DNA of 64,000 nt, taken from the NCBI GenBank assembly GCA_964016885.1, contig OZ024743.1, forward strand, positions 374,108,001-374,172,000. Direction: 5' to 3'. How positions within the stretch are numbered: the first letter of the stretch is position 1; every line of letters starts with the position of its first letter. Below are positions 58,401-64,000 of the stretch, in pieces. The position numbers were made by a program, and so were the translations under genes. Under the pieces are notes generated by a model. That model saw nothing but the letters and a program-made list of their open reading frames with translations, had not been told where the DNA came from and made no database searches. The stretch is from Eledone cirrhosa (taxonomy: Eukaryota).

Positions 58401-61400
58401 ATGGTGCGGAGAACACGGTACTACTGACTTACTCTACATGTTTAGAGCCAACACTTGTTGCACTTTATGGTGCAGAGAACACGGTACTACTGACTTACTC
58501 TACATGTTTATAGCCAACACTTGTTGCACCTATGTTGCACATAACACAGTACTACTGACTTACACTACATGTTTAGAGCCAACACTTGTTGCACTTTATG
58601 GTGCGGAGAACACGGTACTACTGACTTACTCTACATGTTTATAGCCAACACTTGTTGCACCTATGTTGCACATAACACAGTACTACTGACTTACTCTACA
58701 TGTTTATAGCCAACACTTGTTGCACCTATGTTGCACATAACACAGTACTACTGACTTACTCTACATGTTTATAGCCAACACTTGTTGCACTTTATGGTGC
58801 AGAGAATACGGTACTACTGACTTACTCTACATGTTTATAGCCAACACTTGTTGCACTTTATGGTGCAGAGAACACGGTACTGCTGACTTACTCTACATGT
58901 TTATAGCCAACACTTGTTGCACTTTATGGTGCAGAGAACACGGTACTGCTGACTTACTCTACATGTTTATAGCCAACACTTGTTGCACTTTAGGATGCAG
59001 AGAACACAGTACTACTGACTTACTCTACATGTTTATAGCCAACACTTGTTACACTTTATGGTGCAGAGAACAAAGTACTACTGACTTACCCTATATGTTT
59101 ATAGCCAACACGTGTTGCACTTTATGGTGCAGAGAACAAAGTACCACTGACTTACTCTACATCTTCATAGCCAACACTTGTTGCACTTTATGGTGCAGAG
59201 AACACAGTACTACTGACTTAGTCTCCATGTTTATAGCCAACACTTGTTGCACTTTATGGTGCAGAGAACAAAGTACTACTGACTTACTCTACATGTTTAT
59301 AGCCAACACTTGTTGCACTTTAGGATGCAGAGAACACAGTACTACTGACTTACTCTACATGTTTATAGCCAACACTTGTTACACTTTATGGTGCAGAGAA
59401 CAAAGTACTACTGACTTACCCTATATGTTTATAGCCAACACGTGTTGCACTTTATGGTGCAGAGAACAAAGTACTACTGACTTACTCTACATGTTTATAG
59501 CCAACACTTGTTGCACTTTTGGATGCACAGAACAATGTACTACTGACTTACTCTACATGTTTATAGCCAACACTTGTTGCACTTTATGGTGCAGAGAACA
59601 CAGTACTACTGACTTACTCTACGTGTTTATAGCCAACACTTGTTGCACTTTAGGATGCAGAGAACACGGTACTACTGACTTACTCTACATGTTTATAGCC
59701 AACACTTGTTGCAGTTTATGGTGCAGAGAACAAAGTACTACTGACTTACTCTACATGTTTATAGCCAACACTTATTGCACCTATGTTGCACATAACAGTA
59801 CTACTGACTTACACAACATGTTTATAGCCAACACTTGTTGCACTTTATGGTGCGGAGAACACGGTACTACTGACTTACTCTACATGTTTAGAGCCAACAC
59901 TTGTTGCACTTTATGGTGCAGAGAACACGGTACTACTGACTTACTCTACATGTTTATAGCCAACACTTGTTGCACCTATGTTGCACATAACACAGTACTA
60001 CTGACTTACACTACATGTTTAGAGCCAACACTTGTTGCACTTTATGGTGCGGAGAACACGGTACTACTGACTTACTCTACATGTTTATAGCCAACACTTG
60101 TTGCACCTATGTTGCACATAACACAGTACTACTGACTTACTCTACATGTTTATAGCCAACACTTGTTGCACCTATGTTGCACATAACACAGTACTACTGA
60201 CTTACTCTACATGTTTATAGCCAACACTTGTTGCACTTTATGGTGCAGAGAATACGGTACTACTGACTTACTCTACATGTTTATAGCCAACACTTGTTGC
60301 ACTTTATGGTGCAGAGAACACGGTACTGCTGACTTACTCTACATGTTTATAGCCAACAGTTGTTGCACTTTAGGATGCAGAGAACACGGTACTGCTGACT
60401 TACTCTACATGTTTATAGCCAACACTTGTTGCACTTTATGGTGCAGAGAACACGGTACTGCTGACTTACTCTACATGTTTATAGCCAACACTTGTTGCAC
60501 TTTAGGATGCAGAGAACACAGTACTACTGACTTACTCTACATGTTTATAGCCAACACTTGTTACACTTTATGGTGCAGAGAACAAAGTACTACTGACTTA
60601 CCCTATATGTTTATAGCCAACACGTGTTGCACTTTATGGTGCAGAGAACAAAGTACCACTGACTTACTCTACATGTTTATAGCCAACACTTGTTGCACTT
60701 TAGGATGCACAGAACAAAGTACTACTGACTTACTCTACATGTTTATAGCCAAAACTTGTTGCACTTTATGGTGCAGAGAACACAGTACTACTGACTTACT
60801 CTACGTGTTTATAGCCAACACTTGTTGCACTTTAGGATGCAGAGAACACGGTACTACTGACTTACTCTACATGTTTATAGCCAACACTTGTTGCAGTTTA
60901 TGGTGCAGAGAACAAAGTACTACTGACTTACTCTACATGTTTATAGCCAACACTTATTGCACCTATGTTGCACATAACAGTACTACTGAATACACAACAT
61001 TTTTATAGCCAACACTTGTTGCACTTTATGGTGCGGAGAACACGGTACTACTGACTTACTCTACATGTTTATAGCCAACACTTGTTGCACTTTATGGTGC
61101 AGAGAACACGGTACTACTGACTTACTCTACATGTTTATAGCCAACACTTGTTGCACTTTATGTTGCAGAGAACACGGTACTACTGACTTACTCTACATGT
61201 TTATAGCCAACACTTGTTGCACTTTATGGTGCAGAGAACACGGTACTACTGACTTACTCCACATGTTTATAGCCAACACTTGTTGCACTTTAGGATGCAG
61301 AGAACACGGTACTACTGACTTTCTCTACATGTTTATAGCCAACACTTGTTGCACTTTATGGTGCAGAGAAGACGGTACTACTGACTTACTCTACATGTTT

Positions 61401-62010
61401 ATAGCCAAAACTTATTGCACTTTATGGTGCAGAGAACACAGTACTACTGACTTACTCTACATGTTTATAGCCAACACTTGTTGCACTTTATGGTGCAGAG
61501 AACAAAGTACTACTGACTTACTCTACATCTTCATAGCCAACACTTGTTGCACTTTATGGTGCAGAGAACACAGTACTACTGACTTAGTCTCCATGTTTAT
61601 AGCCAACACTTGTTGCACTTTATGGTGCAGAGAACAAAGTACTACTGACTTACTCTACATGTTTATAGCCAACACTTGTTACACTTTATGGTGCAGAGAA
61701 CAAAGTACTACTGACTTACCCTATATGTTTATAGCCAACACGTGTTGCACTTTATGGTGCAGAGAACAAAGTACTACTGACTTACTCTACATGTTTATAG
61801 CCAACACTTGTTGCACTTTTGGATGCACAGAACAATGTACTACTGACTTACTCTACATGTTTATAGCCAACACTTGTTGCACTTTATGGTGCAGAGAACA
61901 CAGTACTACTGACTTACTCTACGTGTTTATAGCCAACACTTGTTGCACTTTAGGATGCAGAGAACACGGTACTACTGACTTACTCTACATGTTTATAGCC
62001 AACACTTGTT
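55405..62010. repeat. Duplication with offset 3746 bp (57 monomers): ~55405-58264 and ~59151-62010
   Basis: ORF offsets 56465/60211 and 57319/61065; atcttcatag at 55415/59161; caacagttg at ~56608/60354. Confidence 0.9.
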
Positions 62011-64000
62011 ACACTTTATGGTGCAGAGAACAAAGTACTACTGACTTACCCTATATGTTTATAGCCAACACGTGTTGCACTTTATGGTGCAGAGAACAAA
62101 GTACCACTGACTTACTCTACATGTTTATAGCCAACACTTGTTGCACTTTAGGATGCACAGAACAAAGTACTACTGACTTACTCTACATGTTTATAGCCAA
62201 AACTTGTTGCACTTTATGGTGCAGAGAACACAGTACTACTGACTTACTCTACGTGTTTATAGCCAACACTTGTTGCACTTTAGGATGCAGAGAACACGGT
62301 ACTACTGACTTACTCTACATGTTTATAGCCAACACTTGTTGCAGTTTATGGTGCAGAGAACAAAGTACTACTGACTTACTCTACATGTTTATAGCCAACA
62401 CTTATTGCACCTATGTTGCACATAACAGTACTACTGAATACACAACATTTTTATAGCCAACACTTGTTGCACTTTATGGTGCGGAGAACACGGTACTACT
62501 GACTTACTCTACATGTTTAGAGCCAACACTTGTTGCACTTTATGGTGCAGAGAACACTGTACTACTGACTTACTCTACATGTTTATAGCCAACACTTGTT
62601 GCACCTATGTTGCACATAACACAGTACTACTGACTTACACTACATGTTTATAGCCAACACTTGTTGCACTTTATGGTGCAGAGAACACGGTACTACTGAC
62701 TTACTCTACATGTTTATAGCCAACACTTGTTGCACTTTATGGTGCAGAGGAAACGGTACTGCTGACTTACTCTATTTGTTTATAGCCAACACTTGTTGCA
62801 CTTTAGGATGCAGAGAACACGGTACTGCTGACTTACTCTACATGTTTATAGCCAACACTTGTTGCACTTTAGGATGCAGAGAACACGGTACTACTGACTT
62901 ACTATACATGTTTATAGCCAACACTTGTTGCACTTTATGGTGCAGAGAATACGGTACTACTGACTTACTCTACATGTTTATAGCCAACACTTGTTGCACT
63001 TTATGGTGCAGAGAACACGGTACTGTTGACTTACTCTACATGTTTATAGCCAACACTTGTTGCACTTTAGGATGCAGAGAACACGGTACTGCTGACTTAC
63101 TCTACATGTTTATAGCCAACACTTGTTGCACTTTATGGTGCAGAGAACACGGTACTACTGACTTACTCTACATGTTTATAGCCAACACTTGTTGCACTTT
63201 ATGTTGCAGAGAACACGGTACTACTGACTTACTCTACATGTTTATAGCCAACACTTGTTGCACTTTATGGTGCAGAGAACACGGTACTACTGACTTACTC
63301 ACATGTTTATAGCCAACACTTGTTGCACTTTAGGATGCAGAGAACACGGTACTACTGACTTACTCTACATGTTTATAGCCAACACTTGTTGCACTTTATG
63401 GTGCAGAGAACACAGTACTACTGACTTTCTCTACATGTTTATAGCCAACACTTGTTGCACTTTATGGTGCAGAGAAGACGGTACTACTGACTTACTCTAC
63501 ATGTTTATAGCCAACACTTATTGCACTTTATGGTGCAGTGAATACAGTACTACTGACTTACTCTACATGTTTATAGCCAACACTTGTTGCACTTTATGGT
63601 GCAGAGAACAAAGTACTACTGACTTACTCTACATCTTCATAGCCAACACTTGTTGCACTTTATGGTGCAGAGAACACAGTACTACTGACTTAGTCTCCAT
63701 GTTTATAGCCAACACTTGTTGCACTTTATGGTGCAGAGAACAAAGTACTACTGACTTACTCTACATGTTTATAGCCAACACTTGTTGCACTTTAGGATAC
63801 AGAGAACACAGTACTACTGACTTACTCTACATGTTTATAGCCAACACTTGTTACACTTTATGGTGCAGAGAACAAAGTACTACTGACTTACCCTATATGT
63901 TTATAGCCAACACGTGTTGCACTTTATGGTGCAGAGAACAAAGTACTACTGACTTACTCTACATGTTTATAGCCAACACTTGTTGCACTTTAGGATGCAC

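Larger units (their letters stand above)
1..64000. repeat. Tandem satellite DNA array, 66-bp consensus monomer (65-bp subtype common), ~970 head-to-tail copies, extending beyond both window edges
   Basis: ATGTTTATAGCCAACAC...TACTGACTTACTCTAC recurs every 62-70 bp (mostly 66) from first to last base (first full monomer starts at 45, next at 110). No non-repeat sequence or inversion seen. Copy number estimated as 64000/~65.8. Confidence 0.99.
44830..64000. repeat. Right satellite sub-domain with distinct monomer variants and 3680/3746-bp HORs
   Basis: Variants confined to or strongly enriched in this part: gtactgctgac, tgcggagaac, tttagagcc, gccaaaact, tgcagttta, gtaccactg, cataacagt (62/63-bp monomers). 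Left-domain markers tagtggc, cgaag and gcaggcag not seen here. Confidence 0.9.

Noticed and set aside
110-63312. About 100 plus-strand ORFs encoding 22-aa Cys-rich repeats as real CDS (zinc-finger, metallothionein or keratin-associated-like)
   Set aside because: They follow from a 66-bp unit with one open frame. Frameshifting 62/65/70-bp units and nonsense variants (tgttga, tggtga, ctctaa, ttatag) are amplified freely, there are no unique N- or C-terminal domains, third codon positions are as conserved as others, and Cys/His spacing does not fit C2H2.
1-64000. CRISPR array (period ~66 bp resembles repeat plus spacer)
   Set aside because: No unique spacers; the entire unit is repeated with only point variants, and there are no cas genes or leader.
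1-64000. Satellite-encoded hammerhead ribozyme, as in newt, schistosome and cricket satellites
   Set aside because: The required CUGANGA and GAAA core boxes are not present in the consensus on either strand (CTGACTT only).
1-64000. tRNA, SINE, 5S or snRNA tandem gene array
   Set aside because: No Pol III B-box (GTTCRA), no cloverleaf, and only a 6-7 nt resemblance to the U1 5-prime end.
1-64000. Transposon, Helitron or integron cassette structure
   Set aside because: No termini, target-site duplications, transposase/RT coding sequence or intervening cassettes within the window. Origin from an element's internal repeat cannot be excluded without flanks.
1-64000. Telomeric repeat (TTAGG in ttaggatgc variants) or CENP-B box
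   Set aside because: TTAGG occurs singly as a point variant, never in tandem, and the CENP-B box core TTCG....A..CGGG is absent.

Overview
The whole 64-kb window is one uninterrupted, head-to-tail tandem satellite array of about 970 monomers, all in the same orientation, with no unique DNA, transposon insertion or credible gene. The consensus monomer is 66 bp (ATGTTTATAGCCAACACTTGTTGCACTTTATGGTGCAGAGAACACAGTACTACTGACTTACTCTAC, ~39% GC, no CpG). A frequent 65-bp subtype (...TGCACCTATGTTGCACATAACAC...) and rarer 62, 63, 67 and 70-bp indel variants are interspersed. The many + strand ORFs (MFIANTCCTLWCREHSTTDLLY repeats) arise because 66 is divisible by 3 and one frame of the consensus lacks a stop; they are broken throughout by amplified frameshifts and stops and are judged non-genic. 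The real structure is a nested higher-order repeat (HOR) architecture. The left domain (~2.3-40.2 kb) has a 6057-bp tandem duplication, a 4805/4871-bp tandem duplication and a ~12-kb block repeated 17.3-17.5 kb away. The middle domain (~40.2-44.2 kb) has 1450/857-bp periods and is followed by a short zone of diverged monomers (~44.2-45.2 kb). The right domain (~45-64 kb) has its own diagnostic variants and 3680/3746-bp periods. The monomer is densely packed with short dyad symmetries. This looks like eukaryotic satellite DNA, possibly (peri)centromeric or subtelomeric, but I cannot identify the organism, family or function from the sequence. I found no well-supported novel gene system; functional ideas below are labelled as hypotheses. 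Block boundaries were read by eye and are approximate.
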